64,000 bases of DNA from positions 4,122 to 68,121 of the forward strand of contig DASUGZ010000172.1 in NCBI GenBank assembly GCA_036273755.1, read 5' to 3'. Below are positions 17,716-26,103 of the stretch, piece after piece (positions within the stretch are counted from its first letter, which is position 1; each line of letters begins with the position of its first letter). The stretch is from Pseudolabrys sp. (GTDB lineage: Bacteria > Pseudomonadota > Alphaproteobacteria > Rhizobiales > Xanthobacteraceae). The notes below the pieces were generated by a model. The model saw only the letters and a program-made list of their open reading frames with translations. It searched no databases and had not been told where the DNA came from. The position numbers and the translations under genes are program-made.

Positions 17716-19467
17716 TCAGTTCGCCTGCGCAAGGCCGGATTCAACGAGCTGCAATGACGAGCGCGCAACCACCTGATTGCGGCCGCGCCGCTTGGCCTCG
17801 TAAAGGGCCTCGTCGGCGCTTTCGACCAACCCATTTGGGGTCATCGAGTCCGCTGGAACGATCGCAGCGGTGCCGACGCTGATCGAGACAAACCCCCACG
17901 GTGCACCGACGTGCGCCATGAGCATGTCTTCGACGGCTTGGCGGAGCCGATTGCCGACTTCGACGGCGGCACCGAGATCGGCGCCCTGCAGGAGCACGGC
18001 GAACTCCTCCCCGCCGTAACGGGCCACGAAATCCGGTTTTCGCGGCAGACCGATCATGCGGGTAAACGATGGCGGCATGTCTTGCCGCGTCCGGACGGCT
18101 TCCGTTTCGCCGCGCAGTCCGTTACTCACGGCGTTCGCGATCTTCCGCAGGCACGCGTCGCCCTGGACGTGGCCATAGTGGTCGTTGAATTTTTTGAAGA
18201 AGTCGACGTCGATCATCAGCACCGCAACCGGTTGCTGCAGGCGCGAGGCCGCCTTCCAGGCATTGGCCAAATGAGAATTGAAGGTGCGTCGGTTGGCGAG
18301 ACCGGTCAGCGCGTCGGTATGCGCCAACTCGTGCAATTGATCGTTGAGATCGCGCAGTTCGCGCTCGCGCGCGTCGAGCTTGTCGGTCATGTCGTCGAGT
18401 GCGACCGCGAGCGGGACGAACTCGGCCGCCCAGGGCAGCGCGGCCGCACGCGATCTGTTTTCGCCGTGACCGATCTTACTCGCCGCCTGCGCGAATTTGC
18501 GGATCGGGCTCACCAGCAGCTTTTCGCCGCCGAACCAGATGCCGACCAGGGCCAGCAAGATCATCGCACCAAGCTCGCCCAGCGCGGTCCACATTCCAAA
18601 ATTAGCGCGTGTGAGAACGGTGTCGGCGTCGAAGCCGACGGCGAAACGCGCTTGGGTGTCGGGCAGCTGCACAAAACCGTAGATGCGCCGGATGCCGTCG
18701 AGACCCGGTTCGATCACCAGGCCGGAGGAGGTCGTGAGCATGTTCTGGATCAGTGCATTGTCCTTGAAGTTGTGGCCGACGATATTTGCCCCATTAGGGT
18801 ATTGCGCCAGCACGATGCCGGAGCCGTCGATCATCAACATGCTGCCTGACGGCGCCACGAAATCGTTGGCTATCCGCGCGAACCAGCTCAAGTCGATCAC
18901 GCCCAGCACGACGCTGGCGACCTGGCCGTCATCGCCGATCTGCGGCAAGGCGCCGGTCACGATGGGAATCTTGGCGCGCGTCCCGAGCAGGTAGTCGCTG
19001 AGCATGAACTCCCGGGTCGCCACCGCGCCGGTGAAATGCTGGCGCTTGGAAATGTCGAGGCCGAGTGCACCCGGAAAGCTCGAGCAGAAGACGCGGCCTT
19101 GCAGATCGGCGACCGACAGCGCCTGGATCCAGGGGATCGGCTTGGCGATCTTCGCCAGAAACTGGTCGCAATCGGCGTTGGTGAAATTGAACGTGCTGCG
19201 CGCGCTCGCGACCGATTGTAGAATGCCGCGCAGCGACACCAGTATTTCATTCTGCGTGGCGGCACCCTGGCGGGCGAGGCTGAGCGCCTGTTTGTAGGCC
19301 GCCTCGACGCGGTCGTTGCGGTCGATCTGTTCGTTGTGAACGCGCTCGATCAGCACCGGCAGCACAAAGATCACGGCCATGATCATCAGCCGTAGGCGCA
19401 CGCTCAGCGTGCGCCTCGGCGCGGCAGCTTGGTCGTTCGCCGCATTCCCCATGGCCATCGCGTTCAT
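17716..19467 (-). CDS. diguanylate cyclase with periplasmic double-Cache-like sensor domain
   Basis: The ORF track start at 19494 is TTG. I use ATG 19467, and the start remains uncertain. The layout is TM, a ~280-aa extracytoplasmic region, TM, a coiled coil and a GGDEF domain. The active site is RYGGEEF (18001-18015), with an RxxD I-site (RKPD) five residues upstream. Confidence 0.88.
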   Translation of the reverse strand: MNAMAMGNAANDQAAAPRRTLSVRLRLMIMAVIFVLPVLIERVHNEQIDRNDRVEAAYKQALSLARQGAATQNEILVSLRGILQSVASARSTFNFTNADCDQFLAKIAKPIPWIQALSVADLQGRVFCSSFPGALGLDISKRQHFTGAVATREFMLSDYLLGTRAKIPIVTGALPQIGDDGQVASVVLGVIDLSWFARIANDFVAPSGSMLMIDGSGIVLAQYPNGANIVGHNFKDNALIQNMLTTSSGLVIEPGLDGIRRIYGFVQLPDTQARFAVGFDADTVLTRANFGMWTALGELGAMILLALVGIWFGGEKLLVSPIRKFAQAASKIGHGENRSRAAALPWAAEFVPLAVALDDMTDKLDARERELRDLNDQLHELAHTDALTGLANRRTFNSHLANAWKAASRLQQPVAVLMIDVDFFKKFNDHYGHVQGDACLRKIANAVSNGLRGETEAVRTRQDMPPSFTRMIGLPRKPDFVARYGGEEFAVLLQGADLGAAVEVGNRLRQAVEDMLMAHVGAPWGFVSISVGTAAIVPADSMTPNGLVESADEALYEAKRRGRNQVVARSSLQLVESGLAQAN

Positions 19468-19530
19468 CCCTGTCCCATGTAAAAACCTATCCAATCCGGC
19501 TTAAAATGACTGGTGGACGATCGCTAAAAT

Positions 19531-19544
19531 TTGAACGAATTCGA
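19531..19544. promoter_or_regulatory. FNR/FixK-box-like palindrome TTGA-ACGAAT-TCGA
   Basis: It has one mismatch to TTGA-N6-TCAA. It sits in the divergent region between the diguanylate cyclase start and yggS, about 1.9 kb from a Crp/Fnr gene. The core CGAATTCG is a perfect palindrome. Confidence 0.3.
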
Positions 19545-19678
19545 AGCTGGGAACGCGATTAGGGAGTGAGTAACCATGAATGCTTCAACTGAGGCGCCCG
19601 CCGCCGGTCGCGGCCGTTCATTTGGGTGTCGTGTCAGCCTGCTTTCACGCGTCATGACAAGCTGATATCTGGCTCGGC

Positions 19679-20347
19679 ATGGGGACCATCGCCGCAACAG
19701 GTCTTGACCGCGTTCGGGCCGAGATCGCGCGCGCCTGCCGTGACGCCTCGCGCGACCCGGCCGAGGTAACGCTGGTCGCGGTGTCCAAGACGTTTGCGGC
19801 AGATGCGATCGAGCCGGCGATCGGCGCCGGCCAGCGCGTGTTTGGTGAGAATCGCGTGCAGGAGGCAAAGGCGAAATGGCCGGCCCTGATGCAGCAGCAT
19901 CCGGGCATCGCGCTCCACTTGATAGGACCCCTGCAATCCAACAAGGCAAAGGAAGCGGTGGCGCTGTTCGCCGCGATCCATTCGGTGGACCGGCCGAGCC
20001 TGTGCGAGGCGCTCGCAAAGGAGATCGCCAAACAGGGGCGTTCGCCGCAGTTGTTCGTCGAGATCAACACCGGCGCCGAGCCGCAGAAGGCGGGCGTGCT
20101 GCCGCACGAGGCCGACGCGTTTCTCGGTCAATGCCGCGAGAAATACGGACTCACGATATCCGGGCTGATGTGCATCCCCCCGCTCGAGGAGGCGCCGGGG
20201 CCGCATTTCGCGCTCACCGCCAAAATCGCTCGGCGCAACGGGCTCAAACTATTGTCGATGGGTATGAGCGCAGATTTCGCGACTGCGATCCAACTCGGCG
20301 CCACCCACGTGCGCGTTGGCAGTGCGATTTTCGGCGAACGGGCCTAG
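19679..20347 (+). CDS. yggS: YggS-family pyridoxal-phosphate homeostasis protein
   Basis: 222 aa. It reads LVAVSKTF (the PLP lysine), FGENRVQE, HLIGPLQSNK and SMGMSADF..AI..GAT.VRVGSAIFG. Confidence 0.9.
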   Translation: MGTIAATGLDRVRAEIARACRDASRDPAEVTLVAVSKTFAADAIEPAIGAGQRVFGENRVQEAKAKWPALMQQHPGIALHLIGPLQSNKAKEAVALFAAIHSVDRPSLCEALAKEIAKQGRSPQLFVEINTGAEPQKAGVLPHEADAFLGQCREKYGLTISGLMCIPPLEEAPGPHFALTAKIARRNGLKLLSMGMSADFATAIQLGATHVRVGSAIFGERA

Positions 20348-22248
20348 CGGAATCGCGGCGGCGCCGGCGGGAAGCCCGGCCGCGTCGGCTGCGGCGCTTG
20401 GGGCGACTGCGAGGGTCCGATCGCGCCGGCATCAAGCGGCTTTTTCAGCAGGGTCGAACGCAATGCCTCACCGCGCGGCGAGGGCGGCACCGGCGGCGCC
20501 GCAACCGGGATCTGTGCCGGCTGCAACGGCGCGGAATCGAACGAGCTGTAGTCCGCAAATTCGTCGTCGGCGCGATGGCTCATGCTGGCGGCGCGCCAGC
20601 GGTCGATGACCGAGGTGATCAGATCGCGGCTGATATTGGTGCCGGCATCGGAGCGGGTGTTGCCGGAGGCTTCGCTGGCCGGGCGTTTGTCCGCCCCAAG
20701 CAACGCGAACCGCATACGCGTCGGCAGCGCTACGCCGGGGCCGAACGTGAACACCTCGCGGGTGCCGAGCGAGGGAATGAACGACAACAGGTTCGCCGCC
20801 GCGTCCGATACCGCCGAGCGGATCAATTCCTGGTCGCGATCGTTCGACAGACGCATGACGAACAGCGTCGAGCACTGCGACACGATGGTGGTGTCGATTT
20901 CGGCGGGCCGTTGCGTCACCAAGCCGAGGAACACGCCGTACTTGCGTCCTTCCTTGGCGATACGCGACAGCGCGCGGCGGGTCGGACCGAAACCGATGTG
21001 CTTGTCCGAAGGCGCGTAGCGGTGTGCCTCTTCGCAGACGAACAACAGCGGCGCCACGCCCTCGCTCCACAGGCCGAAGTCGAACGCCATGCGGCAGAGC
21101 ACCGACACGACCGAGTCCACCACCTCCGCCGGAAAACCGGCGAGCTGCATGATGGTCATCGGCTTGCCTTCCGGCGGCAGGCGGAACAGATGGCCGAGGA
21201 TTTCCGCCATGGTGTCGCCGCCGATGTTCGCGTTTTCGAACATGAATGCGTAGCGCGGGTGATTGCGGAAGGTCTGAATGCGCCCGATCAGCTTGTGATA
21301 GACCATGCGCGAGGAGCGATTCTCCAGTTTGCCCATACGCTCGTCGAGCAGGTTGATGAGGTCCTCGATGCGGTACGGCACCGGCGTGTCGGCGGTGAAT
21401 CCGGTGTCGCGCGGGTCGCGCTTCTTCGCCAGCGTGCGCTCGTTGTTGACGCGGTATTGCAGATAAGCCGACTTCGCCAGCGGGATGACTTCGGAGAGAA
21501 TCTCCACTTCCTCGTCGACGCCGGGGCGGCCGCCGAAAAAGGCGTCGATAGTCTCCTCGAAATTGAACAGCCAGAACGGCAGACGCAAGTTGCGCGGGGT
21601 AAGCACCTGAGCCTTGTCGCCGAAGCAACGGCCGTATTCGTTGTGCGGGTCGACCAGGAAGATGCGCAGGTTCGGCCGCGTGTCGAGAATCCTCTGCAGG
21701 ATGATGGCGACGCCGCTCGATTTGCCGACGCCGGTGGCGCCGACGATGGCGAAATGCCGGCTCACCAGCTGATCGATATCGATATGCACGCCGATGTCGT
21801 TGTTCTGCTGGAGATCGCCGACATGGGCATGGTCGCCGTCGGCCGCGCCGTAGACGAGACGCAATTCGCGATCGGTGAGCAACAGCGCGCCGTCGCCGAT
21901 GTTCGGATACTCCATCACGCCGCGCTGGAACAGCGGCGCGCCGTTTTCGCCGGAGCGGATCTCGCCGACCAGGTCGAGGTGCGCGACCTTGCGGTACGAC
22001 GGCCCGCCGCCGCTCGCAGGGACCGTCGCCTGCTCGCCGATCTGCGTGACGATGCCGATGATCACGGCTTTGGCGGTCACCATGCCCATGAATTTGCCGA
22101 CGGTCGGTTGCTCCCCGCCGTTTTGACGCGCTGCGAGTTCGACGGTGGCCTGCGAGCCGGACACGCCTGCGACGCGGCCGATCAAGTCCGGCGCGGTACG
22201 TCCGGGCGTCGGCTGATGAGAGGCGTGCTGCGGGGTGGGCGTTTCCAT
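20344..22248 (-). CDS. HerA/FtsK-like (DUF87) P-loop ATPase with Pro-rich C-terminal tail
   Basis: Start refined to ATG 22248, which follows GAGGTGA. The N-terminal barrel-like region is GRVAGVSGSQATVEL...GMVTAKAVIIGIV. Walker A is HFAIVGATGVGKSS and the Walker B/DEAH-like motif is LLFVCEEAHRYAP. The last ~90 aa are low complexity and Pro-rich. Confidence 0.8.
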   Translation of the reverse strand: METPTPQHASHQPTPGRTAPDLIGRVAGVSGSQATVELAARQNGGEQPTVGKFMGMVTAKAVIIGIVTQIGEQATVPASGGGPSYRKVAHLDLVGEIRSGENGAPLFQRGVMEYPNIGDGALLLTDRELRLVYGAADGDHAHVGDLQQNNDIGVHIDIDQLVSRHFAIVGATGVGKSSGVAIILQRILDTRPNLRIFLVDPHNEYGRCFGDKAQVLTPRNLRLPFWLFNFEETIDAFFGGRPGVDEEVEILSEVIPLAKSAYLQYRVNNERTLAKKRDPRDTGFTADTPVPYRIEDLINLLDERMGKLENRSSRMVYHKLIGRIQTFRNHPRYAFMFENANIGGDTMAEILGHLFRLPPEGKPMTIMQLAGFPAEVVDSVVSVLCRMAFDFGLWSEGVAPLLFVCEEAHRYAPSDKHIGFGPTRRALSRIAKEGRKYGVFLGLVTQRPAEIDTTIVSQCSTLFVMRLSNDRDQELIRSAVSDAAANLLSFIPSLGTREVFTFGPGVALPTRMRFALLGADKRPASEASGNTRSDAGTNISRDLITSVIDRWRAASMSHRADDEFADYSSFDSAPLQPAQIPVAAPPVPPSPRGEALRSTLLKKPLDAGAIGPSQSPQAPQPTRPGFPPAPPRFR

Positions 22249-22410
22249 GATCACCTCGACGCGGCGTTTGTTCTGCACTTCTTGCGGAGCCGCATGCGGC
22301 CATCGAATACCACGCCGCGATGCCCGGTCCGTTAATGCGCCGGATATGGCGCTCGCGGGGCGCGGCTATGCTTAACCAATGGTGGCGGGCGGGCTCGGCT
22401 ACGGTAAGGA

Positions 22411-22953
22411 TTACTCAACCATGATTGTCGTGCGTGGCCCGAGACGGGCGATGAGCCGGCGCAGCGACGGCAGCGTGAGCGCAACGCAGCCGGCGGTCGG
22501 CGCCAAACCTGGGCGGGCAATATGGATGAAGACGGCGCTGCCGCGGCCGGCGACGCGCGGCCGAGTGTTGTGGTCGATCTCGACAATGAAATCGTAGAGC
22601 GGGTCTGCCCGCGCCAGCCGGTCGGCCTTCGATCCCGGTGGAACTTTCACTGGCCTGTTGTAATGCCGGTCGGCAGGGTCCTCGCACCAGCCGTCGTTCC
22701 GCGCGATGCGGCGGACCGGCAACAATGTCGCCGGGCGGGGATGACGGTCGGCGCGCCACCACAGCCGCTTGAGCCGGAAATTCCCGCGCGGGGTTGCGCC
22801 GTCGCCTTCGCGCTTGTTGGCCTTGATGCCGGCGCGGCCAAGCGCCACCGGCAGGGCCAGGGGCCCGGCTTGCAGGACACCGCGTGCCGGCTGTGCCGGC
22901 TTGCGCCTAACGGCCAATCGCCCCAACGTTGTTTGCCGTTTTGCCCGCCGCAC
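22411..22953 (-). CDS. L,D-transpeptidase (YkuD) catalytic-domain family protein, no obvious signal peptide
   Basis: 180 aa. The catalytic motif is GSAVFIHIARPGLAPTAGCVAL (H...GC). The true start may lie downstream of 22953. Confidence 0.72.
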   Translation of the reverse strand: MRRAKRQTTLGRLAVRRKPAQPARGVLQAGPLALPVALGRAGIKANKREGDGATPRGNFRLKRLWWRADRHPRPATLLPVRRIARNDGWCEDPADRHYNRPVKVPPGSKADRLARADPLYDFIVEIDHNTRPRVAGRGSAVFIHIARPGLAPTAGCVALTLPSLRRLIARLGPRTTIMVE

Positions 22954-23058
22954 GCCGCTAAAACCCCCGGATTCCGCGCGAAATTCCAGTTCGCCCTTGC
23001 TCTTTTAGCCCTGAATGCTCTACTTCGCGACCATTGCCGCGAGACAACCCTCTGAACG

Positions 23059-23745
23059 ATGCCCAATAGACGCACCATCCTGATTGTGGACGACGATGCC
23101 GAACTGCGCGAGGCGCTGGTCGAACAGCTGGCGTTGCATGAGGAGTTCGAGGCCATCTCGGCCGACAGCGGCACCAAAGGCGTGCAGGCGGCGAAAAGCG
23201 GTCAGATCGACCTGGTGATCATGGACGTCGGCCTGCCCGACGTCGACGGCCGTGAGGCGGTGCGCATCCTGCGCAAGAACGGTTTCAAGGCGCCGATCAT
23301 CATGTTGACCGGCCACGATACCGATTCCGACACCATCCTTGGATTGGAATCGGGCGCCAACGACTACATCACCAAGCCGTTCCGCTTCGCGGTGCTCCTG
23401 GCGCGCATCCGCGCGCAATTGCGGCAGCACGAGGCGAGCGAGGATGCGGTCTTCGTCATCGGGCCCTACACTTTCCGCCCGAGTTCCAAACTCTTGCTCA
23501 GCCCGAAGGGCAGCAAGGTTCGGCTGACGGAAAAGGAAACCGCCATCCTGCGCTATCTTTACCGCGCGGCGCAGAAGCCGGTGTCGCGCGAGACGCTGCT
23601 GCAAGAGGTGTGGGGCTACAATTCCGGCGTCACCACCCATACGCTGGAGACGCACATCTACCGGCTGCGGCAGAAGGTGGAGAAGGACGCCGCGCAACCC
23701 GCGATCCTGGTGACGGAAGCCGGCGGCTACAAGCTGATGCCGTGA
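23059..23745 (+). CDS. OmpR/PhoB-family response regulator transcription factor
   Basis: 228 aa. The receiver reads ILIVDDDAELR...DLVIMDVGLPDVDG...ITKPF. The winged-helix output reads LTEKETAILRYL...HTLETHIYRLRQKV. Confidence 0.9.
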   Translation: MPNRRTILIVDDDAELREALVEQLALHEEFEAISADSGTKGVQAAKSGQIDLVIMDVGLPDVDGREAVRILRKNGFKAPIIMLTGHDTDSDTILGLESGANDYITKPFRFAVLLARIRAQLRQHEASEDAVFVIGPYTFRPSSKLLLSPKGSKVRLTEKETAILRYLYRAAQKPVSRETLLQEVWGYNSGVTTHTLETHIYRLRQKVEKDAAQPAILVTEAGGYKLMP

Positions 23746-24200
23746 GCCTCGAGGACGACATCGCCTTTTTCGAGCAGGTGCCGACCTTCGCGGCGCTCGG
23801 CAAACAGGCGCTGCGCATCCTGGCGATCGGCGCCGAAACGCGGCAACTGCAGGGCGGCGCGGTGCTGTTCTACGCCGGCGAGCCCGCCGACGGCGGTTAC
23901 GTCGTGCAAGACGGCGCGCTGGTGCTGGAGCCCAACTCGGCGCTGAGCGACGAGCAATTCATCGCCGGCCCCGGCACACTGGTGAGCGAGCGCGCGCTGT
24001 TTACCGAGACGGTCTGCTCGTCGACCGCGATCGCGCGCGGACCCACTGTGGTGGTCCGCATCTCGCGCAGCCTGTTCCGCAAGATGATGGAAGGCTATCC
24101 GGAGGCCGCGCAGAAACTGCGCGACATGATGGCCGACCGCGTCGGCGGCTGGATGTTCGAGCTCGGCAAGTTGAAACGGACCCTGGAGAAGCGGAAGTAA
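23742..24200 (+). CDS. stand-alone cyclic-nucleotide-binding-domain protein
   Basis: I infer a GTG start at 23742, overlapping the regulator's TGA as GTGA. It lies in the frame of track ORF 23610..24200. The sequence FFEQVPTFAALGKQALRILAIGAETRQLQGGAVLFYAGEPADGGYVVQDGAL is typical of a cNMP-binding beta-roll. Confidence 0.7.
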   Translation: MSLEDDIAFFEQVPTFAALGKQALRILAIGAETRQLQGGAVLFYAGEPADGGYVVQDGALVLEPNSALSDEQFIAGPGTLVSERALFTETVCSSTAIARGPTVVVRISRSLFRKMMEGYPEAAQKLRDMMADRVGGWMFELGKLKRTLEKRK

Positions 24201-24204
24201 CCAG

Positions 24205-25023
24205 TCACAACTCCATCGTCGCCGTCACCGGCACATGGTCGGACGGGCGAAAGGCGCCGCGATAATTCTTGGCAATATCAATTGAAGCGACGCGGTCGGC
24301 GAGTGCGTCCGAGGTCCAGATGTGATCGAGGCGGCGGCCGCGGTCGGCAGCTTTCCAGTTGTCCATCGCGCGATAGCTCCACCAGGTGTAAAGCTTCTGC
24401 GGCTCCGGCGTGAGCACGCGCATGGAGTCGATCCATGCGCCGGCCTCGCGCGCGGCGGTCAGCTTCTCGCATTCGATAGGCGTGTGCGAGACCACTTTGA
24501 GCATCTGCTTGTGGCTCCAGACGTCGTGCTCGAGCGGGGCCACGTTAAGATCGCCGACCAGAATCGCGCGCTCGGCTTTCGCCGGACGCAGGCCCATGTG
24601 CGCGCGCAACTCGTCGAGAAAATCGAGCTTGTGCCGAAATTTCGGGTTGACCTCGGGATCCGGCTCGTCGCCGCCGGCCGGCACGTAGAAATTATGCAGG
24701 GTGATCGGGTCCTTCAGACCGGCGCGCTCGCCGAGCGTCGCCGACATGTGGCGGCAGTCTGTTTTGCCGCAGAAATTGTCGAAGCTGAAGCGTTCGAACG
24801 GCAGGCGTGAGAGCACCGCGACGCCGTGATAACCCTTCTGCCCGTTGATCGCCGCGTGCACATAGCCGAGCCGCTTGAAGCGCTTGAGCGGAAAGGCGTC
24901 GTCAGGACACTTGGTCTCCTGAAGGCAGAGCACGTCCGGGCGCACGCTTTTCAGGAACTTAGCGACCAGATCGATGCGGAGGCGGACGGAATTGATGTTC
25001 CAGGTGGTGATTTTCAACTGCAT
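24205..25023 (-). CDS. xthA: exodeoxyribonuclease III
   Basis: 272 aa. It reads MQLKITTWNINSVRLR...VLCLQETK...GDLNVAP...SDHVPV. Confidence 0.93.
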   Translation of the reverse strand: MQLKITTWNINSVRLRIDLVAKFLKSVRPDVLCLQETKCPDDAFPLKRFKRLGYVHAAINGQKGYHGVAVLSRLPFERFSFDNFCGKTDCRHMSATLGERAGLKDPITLHNFYVPAGGDEPDPEVNPKFRHKLDFLDELRAHMGLRPAKAERAILVGDLNVAPLEHDVWSHKQMLKVVSHTPIECEKLTAAREAGAWIDSMRVLTPEPQKLYTWWSYRAMDNWKAADRGRRLDHIWTSDALADRVASIDIAKNYRGAFRPSDHVPVTATMEL

Positions 25024-25125
25024 TCCGGAATCGCGAGTAGGGCCGCGCGCATCGCGCCGCTCTTATGAGGCGTTATATGGAGTACAGGGTCAAGCCCCGC
25101 AACAATGCCTGTGGGCGACGAGGCG

Positions 25126-25953
25126 TCAGGGATTCGCGCTGGGATAGCGCGTGTAGTCGATCTTGAACATGCCCGGATCGGGACGCTGGGTGGTGTTGAG
25201 GTTGTACACCGCGACCGTGGTATCGTAGCCCTGCGGGTCGGTCACCGTCCACTGCTTGAGTTGCATGTCCTTGGCGCTGAACATCATCATCAACCGGCTG
25301 GTACCCACTACGCTGTTCTTCTCCTCGACCACCACCGTGACGAATACCTCGTCGGCGGAGACCGCGACCAGGCTGGTGTCCTTCATCAGGTCGACATGGT
25401 CGGCAAGCAGGAAGCGCAGCGGCGTCTGCGACAGCGGATAGATATCCTGCGTCGCCAGATTGCGGTCGCGCACGACGACCGACTGGCCGTCGGCGATCAA
25501 TTCGATCGGGCTCGGGTCGTCATATTCGAAACGCACACGGCCGGGCTTGGAAATATAGAACTCGCCCTGGCTGCGGCGGCCGTCCGGCGCCACCTGCACG
25601 AACTTGCCCGATAGCACCTGCATGCTCGAAAGATAGTTGTTCACCTTCTCGACGATGGCGCGCTGCTCGGGGCTGAGCGTGGCGGCCGAGGTGGGCTTGC
25701 CGAGCAGAGCGGCGAAAGGATTGGACACCGGATTGGGCGCCTGCGCCGTGCCGGCGGGGGCTTGCGCGCGAGCGCGCAGTGCGGCGTCGGGAAGCGCGGC
25801 AGGCGGCGCCATGATCGAACCGGTCGTCGTGTGCATCGCCGGACGCGGGGTCGGCAGCGGGACGCGTTGCGCCGACGCCGGAGCGGCGAGGCAAACCAGC
25901 AATGCCGCTATCGTCAATGTATGGCCGGTTCGCGCAGTCCAATATTGCGCCAT
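25126..25953 (-). CDS. lolA: LolA-family outer-membrane lipoprotein carrier protein
   Basis: Start refined to ATG 25953, giving the signal peptide MAQYWTARTGHTLTIAALLVCLAAPASA. A Pro/Ala-rich linker precedes a LolA-like domain (LSGKFVQVAPDGRRSQGEFYISKPGRVRFEY). It lies downstream of ftsK, as in E. coli. Confidence 0.75.
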   Translation of the reverse strand: MAQYWTARTGHTLTIAALLVCLAAPASAQRVPLPTPRPAMHTTTGSIMAPPAALPDAALRARAQAPAGTAQAPNPVSNPFAALLGKPTSAATLSPEQRAIVEKVNNYLSSMQVLSGKFVQVAPDGRRSQGEFYISKPGRVRFEYDDPSPIELIADGQSVVVRDRNLATQDIYPLSQTPLRFLLADHVDLMKDTSLVAVSADEVFVTVVVEEKNSVVGTSRLMMMFSAKDMQLKQWTVTDPQGYDTTVAVYNLNTTQRPDPGMFKIDYTRYPSANP

Positions 25954-26103
25954 CACGGTGTCCGCCTCGCTCGCGCCCCGGGGTGAGTTCACGTTTGTGG
26001 TCCGTCCTATAGGAGCCGGCTGTGGCGATTTCGCGGCCCTGATCATGCGCTGATTCGCTCTCACGCGCGACTGACAGTGTGACGCCCGCGGCGTGCGACG
26101 CCG

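Noticed and set aside
19576-19665. 29-codon ORF (MNASTEAPAAGRGRSFGCRVSLLSRVMTS) with AGGGAG upstream, just before yggS
   Set aside because: It has no hydrophobic or otherwise recognisable character, an unremarkable codon bias and no way to test conservation here. It is indistinguishable from a chance ORF.
19876-22335. 819-aa ORF on the plus strand (and the 611-aa minus-strand ORF 20468..22303)
   Set aside because: These are antisense or out-of-frame shadows of the HerA-like ATPase gene. Their composition is Arg/Ala/Gly-dominated with no motifs.
23059-23745. Naming the OmpR-family regulator CenR (or CtrA/PhoB)
   Set aside because: The N-terminus differs from CtrA as I remember it. I cannot establish orthology to CenR without a database comparison, so I left it as a generic OmpR-family regulator.
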